Shown here piece after piece: positions 30,001 to 38,300 of a stretch of 64,000 nucleotides of DNA (within the stretch, counting starts at the first letter, position 1; each line of letters begins with the position of its first letter). Origin of the DNA: an uncultured Clostridia bacterium (lineage in GTDB: Bacteria; Bacillota; Clostridia; TANB77; CAG-508); the NCBI GenBank assembly GCA_934154515.1, contig CAKPGD010000001.1, positions 2,809 to 66,808 of the forward strand. The letters run 5' to 3'. A program made the position numbers and the translations under genes. Below the pieces are notes generated by a model. That model was not told the origin of the DNA. It searched no databases and saw only the letters and a program-made list of their open reading frames with translations.

Positions 30001-31319
30001 TCTTCTTTTGTTATAACTTCTATATTTTTTATTACTGGATTTTTTAAAACACTTTTTGCCATATTTATTATTCTTTTGTGTAAGTTTTCTATATCTTCTT
30101 TTGTAAATTTGCTTGTTTGATAATTATAAAATATATTCACTTTTCCTGTGTTGTCCATATCGTAAAAATGTACTTCAACAGGATTTGCAACATTAGAGTT
30201 TGGTACCCAGCCTGATTCATAATCTATATCACTTGTTTTTTTGTTATCTCTTGCATTTTGGTAAGATAATACAAAATCATATAAATTTTCAGACATATCA
30301 AATTTTTCTTTAATGTCTTTTAATAGTTCTAAATATGGATATTTTTGATGCCTATATATTGCTGTTTGATTTAATTCTACTTGTTTTAAAAATTTTGAAA
30401 ATTCTAAATTAGAATTTATATCCATTTTAAAAGGTACATTGCTTACAAACATTCCTATTATTTGTTTTTCATTAAAATTTCTTCTGTTAAGTACTGGAGT
30501 TCCTATTATCGCTGATTTTGTATCATTTATTTTTGCAAGATAAATTAGGTATATCGCCATAAAAAATGTATATACTGAGCAATTATTTTCTTTACTAAAG
30601 CTAGCAATTTTTTCATATAAATTTTTATCTATTTCAAAAGACTCTCTGCTTCCTTCGCAACTATTTATATCTTTTCCACTTGCTTTTTTATCTTTATAGA
30701 TATGTGTAATTACTGGTTCCTTTTCGAAAACTTCATTCCAAAAAGTTCTATCATTTTTAATTTTTGTACTTTGCATATATTTTTGAGAATCTATTATATA
30801 TTGTTCATATTTTGTATAATCTTCGAAGGCATAATTACTTTTTACTAGCATAGAATATATTTCCATTAGTCTAGAAACAAGTAATCCCATTGACCAAGCA
30901 TCACAAATTAAATGGTGAAATACTCCAATTATTCCACCCGTTCCATTTGGATACTTAAAAAGTGTAAATTTGAATAAATTTGAATTAATCATTTTAAAAG
31001 GCGCTTTTAACAAGCGAGAGCACAATTTATTTGTTTCTTCTATATTTTTTGTTTCAATTATTTCTGTTTTAAATTTTTTATATGTTGACACGTGCTGTAC
31101 TGCTTCATCATCTTTTATTTCAAATTGGAATCTCATACTATCTGTATGTTCTACAAATATGTTTGCTGTCTTTTCTAGTAGCTCAAAGTCTACTTTTTCT
31201 TTTATGTATATATAACCACATATATTGTTAACACTCGTATTTGAATAAAACATTTCTGTGTTCCATATGTTTTTTTGTTGATTTGTTAAGTTTAAGGTAT
31301 TTTCCATATTATCCAACAT
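24048..31319 (-). CDS. Dimodular nonribosomal peptide synthetase, C-A-T-C-A-T-R (terminal thioester reductase)
   Basis: Longest ORF 2439 aa; probable start at Met17 (31319) or Met21 (31307). Two HHxxxDG condensation motifs (HHLICDAWS, MHHIICDGTS). Two adenylation domains (YTSGSTGMPKGV/NGYGPSETCA/YRTGD/GRKDNQIKLHGLRIEL and YTSGSTGRPKGV/NMYGPTETTV/YNSGD/GRNDFQVKIRGLRIEL). Two PCP motifs (FFDLGGDSL, FFDIGGDSL). C-terminal NAD(P)-binding reductase (VLLVGATGFLG...YVRSK). Confidence 0.9.
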   Translation of the reverse strand: MLDNMENTLNLTNQQKNIWNTEMFYSNTSVNNICGYIYIKEKVDFELLEKTANIFVEHTDSMRFQFEIKDDEAVQHVSTYKKFKTEIIETKNIEETNKLCSRLLKAPFKMINSNLFKFTLFKYPNGTGGIIGVFHHLICDAWSMGLLVSRLMEIYSMLVKSNYAFEDYTKYEQYIIDSQKYMQSTKIKNDRTFWNEVFEKEPVITHIYKDKKASGKDINSCEGSRESFEIDKNLYEKIASFSKENNCSVYTFFMAIYLIYLAKINDTKSAIIGTPVLNRRNFNEKQIIGMFVSNVPFKMDINSNLEFSKFLKQVELNQTAIYRHQKYPYLELLKDIKEKFDMSENLYDFVLSYQNARDNKKTSDIDYESGWVPNSNVANPVEVHFYDMDNTGKVNIFYNYQTSKFTKEDIENLHKRIINMAKSVLKNPVIKNIEVITKEEKSIINKFNATEYKYNKKQTIVEVFEKQVRKNKNKICAKFKDKTLTYGELDEKSNQVANILLSKQIKKDDVVGIMLNRSLDLHIAMWGVLKTGAAYMLIDPNLPEDRVNYMLTNAKCPIVITNLYMNYETVDITNLENYSNKQPKVKSSNEDRFCVLYTSGSTGMPKGVELRRLSVINLVNSFKKILHTNICENYLSTSTVSFDMFVVENFLSILSGKTVILADEDEQKIPAFTSKLIIENNIDFIVSTPSKISLLLNENECLRDVKVIQLGGEVFKPSLYKELRKATNAEIHNGYGPSETCACASNKHVIDENDITIGTPYLNVKMYIMNKDENILPIDIPGELVITGDGVGLGYVNKQRFNGVYRTGDIAKLNKNGELVYYGRKDNQIKLHGLRIELDEITEKIIKLEDIKNAITVIKKVNDIDSICAYIETTDSELTEKTLKKALAKELPNYMVPSHIVFMDHLPITANGKVDSKNLPEIIVEDKEFIKSETDTEKKVEKIWKKVLKLNKISTLANFFDLGGDSLCSIMLVSEIYNDLKVKIEVKDIFEYPTIKELSEFIDTKEVTEEKTEKIKKHEKAEYYPVSSAQRRIYYTASMQEESLAYNTPFGILFDKVPDVKKLENAIGTIINRHEAFRTYFELKDTDVVQKVVEKIDFKLKVSNSKNEDFVKPFDLGKAPLMHIELDKFDGKALLQMDMHHIICDGTSIGIFAKELCDLYNEKELKENKIDYIDYAISEKIEEKDKEYWLSTFENGVPLLNMPTEFERASIKSEEGESIFEKLENVDKINEFCKSKGITPYMFLLSSYYILLYKYTMQNEIVVGTPTVGRNNAELSDIVGMFVNTIALKQNIQSSSTAIDFLNQVKNNCMNAFEHQTYPFDELVKNLNIARDNSRNPVFDTMFIYESEGLPKLDLNGLSSTYVIPENKTSKFDISLEITPTQESYNIRLEYCTKLFGKNFMSTFLDCYKNIVNSIIEEPETQISKIKILTEIPKMYPTLEYSKELRIIDLFEKQVLETPDKIALVFGDEKYTYKELETKVNKLANHIINMPAYKNNISKKKYKVIGIMMDRRAELIVSMFAILKAGAGYLPIDPKYPVDRVKYILEDSEVGLVLTEKNYEDRIEVDSLCVDDENSYDEYKPFDTDTKSSDVSYMIYTSGSTGRPKGVILKQSSVVNFIYGMCDRMPLKDKTIVNITTMCFDIFVLESLLPLCTGMKVVLANNEEQNNPILLNELCLKNNVEVIQTTPSKFKLLMSENTAIEYIQKMKIISLAGEPFTLDLFKKIRNITDAQVFNMYGPTETTVGSTLKEITSLNKKITIGTPIANTEIYVLDNDMNQVPQGVIGTLFIGGDGVSIGYINKPELTSERYIEYNNSRIYNSGDLVKVLPNGEIDCLGRNDFQVKIRGLRIELGEIENAICAYKGVSSSVVAVKNVNGRDILCGYFVATGRVSISNLKNRLSMSLPNYMVPSYLVQLEDFKYTPNGKIDRKELPLPIIKEKEIIAPETELERKLVKIWEEILSLEKISIDDNFFDIGGDSLCALKLQLEIMKIGYNINYGDIFKNNTIRELAKFLEENKEEALYPQYTEKDFEKINNFIKKNAEENKIRVRPRKIQNVLLVGATGFLGIHVLAELLKIDSIKIYCLIRKDPSTSPENKLRNKFKYYFGSDLSNLLGTRIFVIDGDITYKNYGLSEEQYNQLGENVEQVINCAALVKHYGDYNVFEKINVTGVKNIIEFCEKFNKEFIQTSTVSVSGNTMVGLANSFRPDEVIEYGEDKLFVNQTLENVYVRSKFEAEKLILEELASKRLKGIILRIGNITNRYSDGKFQENSEDNAFLNRLKAFLALGMIPKSIMENYAEFSPVDKIAEAIIVCMEYYNFPISIMHLYNSKHIYIKELYEILKQLKIDIKIVEDYVFKKKLKKWLYDESRTNNVNVLVNDLDKDDNFVYKTNLVISNKNTLKFFKEAGFDWPEIDIEYIRKVLENL

Positions 31320-31335
31320 CCTTTCATATACGGTT

Positions 31336-31364
31336 ATTATACAAAATTCTACAAATAAATGCAA
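31336..31364 (-). promoter_or_regulatory. SigmaA-type promoter of the NRPS operon: -35 TTGCAT, 17-bp spacer, extended -10 TGtATAAT
   Basis: Read on the minus strand. It lies inside the 5' end of the longest predicted NRPS ORF, and an AAGG RBS and in-frame Met codons follow downstream. Confidence 0.5.
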
Positions 31365-31461
31365 CATTTAAAGGAAAATATGTAAATTTATTTTTATACC
31401 TTTTTATCTACTTTTTTTATTTAATTTTTTACCTAAATTTTTATTCAATTTTACACTTTTT

Positions 31462-32185
31462 TTAATTATAAAAATATGAATTTATACCATTAAATATCCC
31501 CCATGCTAATTTATTTTGATAGTTGTCATCTAATAGCAGTTTTTCTTCTTCTTGATTTGAAAGAAAGCCACATTCTACTATAGAAATTGGTATTTCTACA
31601 TGTTTTATTATATATACATTTTCTAGTTTCATTGCTACTCTTTTGTTTTCTTTTTGTATTGCACTATTTAAATTTTCTTGCAATTCTTTTGCAAGTTTTG
31701 TACTATTTTCGTCGCCTTGTTTATAAAAGCATTGCCATCCCCAATACTGTTCTTGTGGAATTTTATTTAAATGTATTGAAATAAATATATCTGCTGAGTA
31801 TTCATTTCCTATTTTTACTCTATTATGTATGTCTGATAACTTTTTTTGTTTTAATGTTTTACTGTCTAAATCGTATATTGCATTTTCATCTGAACGAGTT
31901 AATATTACTGTTGCTCCTGATTGTTCTAATAAATTTTGTAATTTTAATGCTATTTTTAAATTAGTTTGTGCCTCTGTTGTTCCTGTACTACTTTGTGCAC
32001 CGCTCATCTGGTATTCCATGTCCTGCATCTACTACTATTACCTTGTTGGTTACTGGAGTAGCTACTGTTTCAACTGTATTTATTTTTTTATTATTTTGAC
32101 CTATGCTTGCTACAAGTATTGCAACAAATACAAAACTTAATAACATTATTATTCTCTTTTTTCTTATTATAAACATAACAAACAC
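31462..32185 (-). pseudogene. cwlD: cwlD-like N-acetylmuramoyl-L-alanine amidase (Amidase_3) split by a frameshift
   Basis: The N-terminal fragment (31988-32185: signal/TM + VIVVDAGHGIPDE) and the C-terminal fragment (31462-32028: GAQSSTGTTEAQTNLKIALKLQNLLEQSGATVILTRSDE...) are consecutive parts of one amidase in different frames. The frame switch falls near 32015-32030. Confidence 0.7.
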
Positions 32186-32231
32186 CTCATTAATTTATAT
32201 GAGATGTTTGTGTTTTTTATTCTTATAATTT

Positions 32232-33164
32232 CTATTTGAACTCTTTTCTTCTATCTATTACATATGTACTTCCTTGTATTGTTTTTGCTAAATGTTTTAC
32301 TTCTGCCCCTGCTTCTCCTATTTCTAACACATTATCGAATTTTCCTTTTACTACTTCTACTACTCCTATCGATATTGATGTAAGTGGGAATTGTTCTATT
32401 ACTCCTTTTCTGTTTTCTACTTCTATGTACCCTTTTTCTTTATCTTCTTTGGTATAATACTTTCCAACTTTTGCATCGAATTCTACAACTATATTTTGAC
32501 AGATGCTCTCACAGTCTTTTCCAGATATTATTCCTATAAAGTCATCTCCTCCAATGTGTCCTACAAAGCTGTCCTGATATTCTTTTGTATGCACATTTCT
32601 TAATATTACATCTGCTGTAAATTTTATTATTTCATCTCCTTTTAAGAATCCATACACATCATTATATGCTTTAAAGTTATCTAAATCGAAATACATCATA
32701 GTAAATTCTTCTTCATTTAGAAGTCTTTTTTTCATTTCTGCTTGTATTTGTACATTTCCTGGAAGTCCTGTTAGAGGACTTACTCTTCTATTTGCATATA
32801 ATAAGCTTAATACATTTTGTATTGTATAATATAAATATTCTTTATCTACTGGAACTCTTATATAATGTGCTATTCCTATTTCAAGCATTTTTAGTTTGTG
32901 GTCATGTTCTTTTCTTGATGTTACAATTATAATAGGTGTAATACTATTGTTTTCATCTGCCTTTATGTTTTTGCACATTTGTACTCCGTCTTCTAAAAAA
33001 CTATCTTCATTTATTATTATTAAAGATGGTATATTTCTTAATGCTGTATCTATATTGTTGGTTGTTACTCTTGTTACTTTATATTCTTTTTCTTCTTTAA
33101 AAATTTCTTTTATAATTTTCTCTAATTTATGTCCATCATCTATTATATATATTTCTTGTAACAT
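32232..33164 (-). CDS. Response regulator REC-GGDEF with variant GGDDF motif
   Basis: Receiver domain (IYIIDDGHKL...). GGDEF domain hallmarks (PLTGLPGN, DLDNFKAYND). Active-site motif reads GGDDF. RBS-supported start at 33164; longest ORF starts at 33185. Confidence 0.8.
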   Translation of the reverse strand: MLQEIYIIDDGHKLEKIIKEIFKEEKEYKVTRVTTNNIDTALRNIPSLIIINEDSFLEDGVQMCKNIKADENNSITPIIIVTSRKEHDHKLKMLEIGIAHYIRVPVDKEYLYYTIQNVLSLLYANRRVSPLTGLPGNVQIQAEMKKRLLNEEEFTMMYFDLDNFKAYNDVYGFLKGDEIIKFTADVILRNVHTKEYQDSFVGHIGGDDFIGIISGKDCESICQNIVVEFDAKVGKYYTKEDKEKGYIEVENRKGVIEQFPLTSISIGVVEVVKGKFDNVLEIGEAGAEVKHLAKTIQGSTYVIDRRKEFK

Positions 33165-33307
33165 ATTCTTTTGTTCCTTTCTCATGTAAGATTTATTTTT
33201 TATTAACTTTTTATCTCTGGTCTTTTTTATCTTATTTCGCTTTTTTTAGCTTATTATTTTTATTATTCTTATTTTGCTGTTTTTACTTTTTTCTTACTTT
33301 TATTTTT

Positions 33308-34126
33308 TTATTTTTCTTTCTTACTATTTTCCTTCTTGCTATTCTTCTTTTTTATTTTCTTTAGTGCTTCTATATCTATTTTTTCACTTAAGAAATTAGA
33401 AATTTTCTCAGACTTCATTGTTGGGAATGCCTTTTGAAGTCTTCTTGCCTCTCTATATAAATTTAATTTTATTTTTGATTGTTGTAATTTTAATTTTCTA
33501 ATTAATTCTTCTAGTTTAGATTTAGCTTGTGAGTTTATAGCATTTTCTTTTAATTGTTCTATATTTATCTTTATTTTTTCACTAAGTTCATTTATTTTTT
33601 CTATTGCTTCTGTAAACTTAGCCATTGATAATATTGTTGTTATTATATCTACTATGAATATTATGTATATTACTATTGTTGAATATAATAATGTTTTTTC
33701 TGGTATTAAATGAATTATATTTTCTACAAATGGGTGTACCCATTCTATAAATACTACTCCTAAAACTCCCCAAAATATTGAGTTTATTAGACATACTCTC
33801 CCATTTATATTTAATTTGTAATTTGTGTAGTCCCAATATTTTTGTTTAAATACTTTTTCTAAAAATACACCAACTATGTATTCCCATATAGATAGTACTA
33901 TAAAAGATACTATAAATAACAATATTATTTTGCCTTTTAAAAAGTTTAATGTTAATATCATAAATATTGCGGCTAAACCATATATTGGACAGTATGGTCC
34001 TTTTAAAAAACCGCTGTTTACAAATTGCTTTTCCCATGCTGTTTTGTATATACTTTCTAGTATCCACCCGAAGAAAGAATATATAATCAGATATACAAAC
34101 ATATTAAGTATAAATTCTGTATTCAC
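33308..34126 (-). CDS. Polytopic integral membrane protein with Lys-rich coiled-coil C-terminal tail
   Basis: 272 aa. About 6 TM helices. The C-terminus is a long charged/coiled tail (..KKIKKKNSKKENSKKEK). Confidence 0.55.
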   Translation of the reverse strand: MNTEFILNMFVYLIIYSFFGWILESIYKTAWEKQFVNSGFLKGPYCPIYGLAAIFMILTLNFLKGKIILLFIVSFIVLSIWEYIVGVFLEKVFKQKYWDYTNYKLNINGRVCLINSIFWGVLGVVFIEWVHPFVENIIHLIPEKTLLYSTIVIYIIFIVDIITTILSMAKFTEAIEKINELSEKIKINIEQLKENAINSQAKSKLEELIRKLKLQQSKIKLNLYREARRLQKAFPTMKSEKISNFLSEKIDIEALKKIKKKNSKKENSKKEK

Positions 34127-34290
34127 TCTGTTATCCCCTTGTTTTTATTTTATAAAGGGCGTAATTTTTTATTACGCCCGCTTTTTATGTTTATGTTTTT
34201 ATTTTTATATCTATTTCTTTAGAAAATTTCTTATTTTTGTTTTACGTTAATGTTATAAATAGTCTGTTTTCAAGTATTCTTTCAACTAAT

Positions 34291-35214
34291 CTATCGTATT
34301 ATTTGTTTAGTTACTTGTTCTGATAAGCCACTTACATTATATGCTGTTATAACTATGTTATTTTCTCCCGATTGTAGTTTTTGTATAAATTTTGCTTCTT
34401 TCATATTTAGCGGTGTTCCTGTATCTTCTGAATCTGTAGAAGATAGTTGTCCATTTACCGTTATTTCTATTTTTTGTATATTTTCTTCGTCTTTAACTGT
34501 AACTACTATTTCATCATTTTGCTCTTCTATTTCTATGGTTGGCTTTTTAGCTCCTTTAAATACTTGTTCTTTTGTTGTTTCATTTCCTGCTGCATCTACT
34601 GCTGTTATTTTCAAGGTATGTTCACCTTTTAGTATTGATATTTTTTCTTCTATTTGCTTTAATGAATCTTCTCTTGGTTCTACTGTTGTTTTGTCTTCTT
34701 CATCCCAATTATATGACATTTGTCTTAATTCTCTATCGTCTCTTGCTACTATTTTTACTTTTGAACCTTCAACAGCAAACTCTATTTCTGGCGCTATAGT
34801 ATCTTTTTCTGATACTTTGAAATCTTTTGTATATGTATATTCTGCTTTTGTGTTATCTATAATTATTAATTTTAATGTATTTTCTCCAGTTGGAAGATCT
34901 ATTTCTTCTTTTATGCTTGTTTGTCCTTTTCCTTGCATTGTAATTGTTGTACCATTATTCCAAGAATAATTTATTTTATCTATTGCTCTATCATGAATAA
35001 TGCTGATTTGAACTTTACCATCTATTTCTTCTACCGTGATAACTGGTTCTGATAATCCTTTTTTAGAATTATTTGAGCTTGCTATTCCATATATTCCTTT
35101 TCCTATTAATGCTATTGCAAATAATGTTATAATTACTGCAAATATAATTATTACTGTTTTTATTTCTAGAGGTCCTTTCTTTTTATTACCCCCAGTGTAT
35201 AATATTTGATTCAT
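34291..35214 (-). CDS. Membrane-anchored protein with three tandem Ig-like/beta-sandwich repeats
   Basis: 307 aa with an N-terminal TM and three repeats of about 90 aa, each ending in a GE(N/H)TLK/GENNIV motif. Confidence 0.55.
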   Translation of the reverse strand: MNQILYTGGNKKKGPLEIKTVIIIFAVIITLFAIALIGKGIYGIASSNNSKKGLSEPVITVEEIDGKVQISIIHDRAIDKINYSWNNGTTITMQGKGQTSIKEEIDLPTGENTLKLIIIDNTKAEYTYTKDFKVSEKDTIAPEIEFAVEGSKVKIVARDDRELRQMSYNWDEEDKTTVEPREDSLKQIEEKISILKGEHTLKITAVDAAGNETTKEQVFKGAKKPTIEIEEQNDEIVVTVKDEENIQKIEITVNGQLSSTDSEDTGTPLNMKEAKFIQKLQSGENNIVITAYNVSGLSEQVTKQIIR

Positions 35215-35271
35215 ATTTTCACCTCATATTCATAAAAAATTATATCACAACATATTTTTAATGTAAACAAT

Positions 35272-35314
35272 AAAAAAAGAAAAATCTAACTAAAAGTCAG
35301 ATTTTTCTTTTTTT
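35272..35314 (-). terminator. Bidirectional rho-independent terminator after the 1636-aa adhesin gene
   Basis: Imperfect palindrome gaaaaatctaac...gtcagatttttc flanked by an A-run and a T-run. Confidence 0.6.
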
Positions 35315-35325
35315 GTATTATTTAA

Positions 35326-38300
35326 TTATTTTCTTAACACTTTTTTCTTAATGAATATTATTCCTGCAATTAGTATTCCACTTGATAGAAGTATTACTGC
35401 TCCTATTACATATGGCATCGCTGTTGTACCAAATGGTGGTAATATTTTAACAACTTCTGATACGTTGCTGTCTACTTCTTGAGCATCTTTTGTTGGGTTT
35501 TGGTTACCAACTACTGAGTATGCCATTCTTCTACCTACGCTATTGCTTATTGTTGTAATTTCTACAATATTTCTGTAAGTTAAGTCGTCTGTTTCGTTTT
35601 CTGAAGTAATTAATTGAGTTAATACTAAGTCATCTGATACACTGCTTTCGTTTGGATTATATTTTTCTGGTACTAATGCTTTATTTGCAATGTTTGATTT
35701 TTCACTTGTTACTATAATTGTATTGTATTTTCCAGTTTCATTTGCAAGTGTTGTATTAACTGCTCCTGCAAGTAATTCTTCTTGTGTTATAGTTTTCCAA
35801 GCTTTGTTATATTCTGCATAGAATTGTAAGTTATTTGCTATGTAGTCAACTACTTGATTTGCTTGTGTTTTTACAACATTGTTCATATCTGATACTACAC
35901 CTGTATAGTAGAAGCTATTATCTTTGTAATCTACTTCTCCTACGTTTGTTACTGTAACTTTATATGAAATTTTTATTGTTGCACCATGCATTAATTCTTC
36001 GTCCATACTTAATTGTACTAATCCAAATGTTGCATCATATGAGTTTTTCTCTCTTATTTCTGCCATTGGGTCTGATACCAATTTGTTGTCTTTATATTTA
36101 AATTTATATGGTTTATGTTTTCTCCATAATACGTTTGTTGCTTTTTGTGATGCATCAAATAATGTTGAACCGTCTGCTAATGTTAATTTAACATTTGTTA
36201 CTTCTTTATTAATTGCAAGTTGTGCTTTTGGTCTTTCTTCAAGTCCTAAGTTTACATTTGTAATTTTATAAGCTCCGTTTTTGCTTTCTTGGTCAACACC
36301 TTCACTTGTATTTCTGTCATATTCTACTTCTACATTAATTAAACCTGTTTCTGCTGTCATTTGAATTTTTGCCATTAATTCGTTTAATTTATTTGTAAGT
36401 TCTGCTTCGTTTAAAGGCATTTGCTCATGTGATGCTAAAACTTCTGCAATATAATTCATAACGCTCTTATCTGAATAGTCTATAACTTTATTTCTTATGC
36501 TTTCAATGTCTTTTGCATCTGATACATTTGCATTAGCGTCTGATGCTGTTACATCATATAAGTAACCTTTTTGCTCTCTTTCACTTACTAATGGACTTGC
36601 TGTTTCATTGTTGCTTGCATTTGTTTTGAATGTTGTTACTGTTGTTAATTCTTCTCCTAATGTTTTTTGTCCATTTACCCAAGTAGGGTCTTTTCTCCAT
36701 ACATATGAATTATTTTGTGTAATTCCTGTTTGATATGTTGTTGATTTATAGTCTTGACCATTATATGATTTAACGTTTTGTCCTTTTACTCCTTGTGCAT
36801 TTGTTATTGCTGTTGAGGTATTTGGAAGAACTGTTTTTACAGTATCTCCGTAGATAAATCTAACAACAAAGTTTCCTGTTGGGTATGATTTAAATATGTA
36901 TTTACCTTCTGCTTCGTCTACTACATCTGGTATTAAATTCTTTCCGTCAGCTCCCTCTTTGTTTATTATAGGTTTATATGTGTCTGCTGAATTGAAATGA
37001 TTTTGTCCAGATGAAATTGTTTGCCATACATATTCTGTTCCATTGCTTCTTAATTCAACTAATTGAACTGTTACACCATTTATTGCTGATTCTTTTGAAC
37101 TATCGTATATACCATCGCCGACTGCTGTAACTTGTTCTTGATTAATTACATTTCTTTCTTCTTCCCATACAGTACCTTCTATTACTCTGTTTTCATCATT
37201 TTTGTATAATAGTAATCTAATATTTGGTGCTTTATCTGTATCGTCTTCAAAATTACTATTATTAATTGTTCCGTCTTTTGGTACGTCGTTTGGATTTAAG
37301 TTACCATTTACTGAGTCATAATCGAATAATCCTGCTACTTTGTCGTATCCAGATACACTACCAACGTTTGGTATATAAGTTCCATTTCTGTAGTATGTTC
37401 TAAATCCGTTAATTTCAGCAATATTTTCTTTTCCTACTCCGTTTAATGTTGCTTCTATTTCTCCAGTTGTGCTATTGTATTTCCAATTATTTTCATCTAA
37501 TAATACATTTCTGTCTTCATCTTTGTTTACTTTAAAAGTTAAGTAAACATATGCTGTTTGACCTGATGTTAATTTAGTATTTTCTAGTCCACGTACATAT
37601 AATCTGTTGTAACCATCTATTGTACTTGAGTTTCCTTCTCCATATCTGCTAGAATCTTGTGCATTTACTTGTAATGTACTATCTCCTACTTTAATGTAAG
37701 AACGTTCTGCTACATATGTGTAGTCTTTATCGTAGTAATCTACTATTTCCATTACTTGACCAAGTGCTGATTGCGATTGGTTACGAACCATTAATTTATA
37801 TGTTACATATACATTAAGTTCATCATTTTCTGAAGCTCCATAGTCTGCGTAATTGTTTCCATATGCATTATCTACTTTATAAATGTAGTCAGATGGATAT
37901 ATTTCTCTTGAATATTCTGAATTATAATATGCATCTGAAAGTCTTACATTTATATCCCAAGTATTATCATTTAATTCTCTCTTATTGTAGTTGTAAGTTT
38001 GTGACTTACCATTTATTTCTATTGTAGCTGTTGCTACGTCTTTTCTTAATGCTAAGTCAAATATTTCTCTTGGGTTTAAACCAAAGTCTATATTTAAATG
38101 TTTTGGATATAATGCTTTATATAATACACCTGCTATTGTTCTTGATAATGTACTTTCTGTAAATTTATCGTATATTGGATAAACTACTCTTGTTGTATCA
38201 AGTCCTGTGTATGAAGATATTCTACTATCTTCTATAAATTGTAATTTACTTTTTGTTGTATTATTGTTTCCGAAGTGATTTAATGTATTTTCATATGCAG

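Noticed and set aside
33186-33360. Pyrimidine-rich, repeat-looking stretch
   Set aside because: It is partly the coding sequence for the Lys-rich tail (KKKNSKKENSKKEK) of the 33308-34126 membrane protein and partly AT-rich spacer. It has no defined repeat unit.
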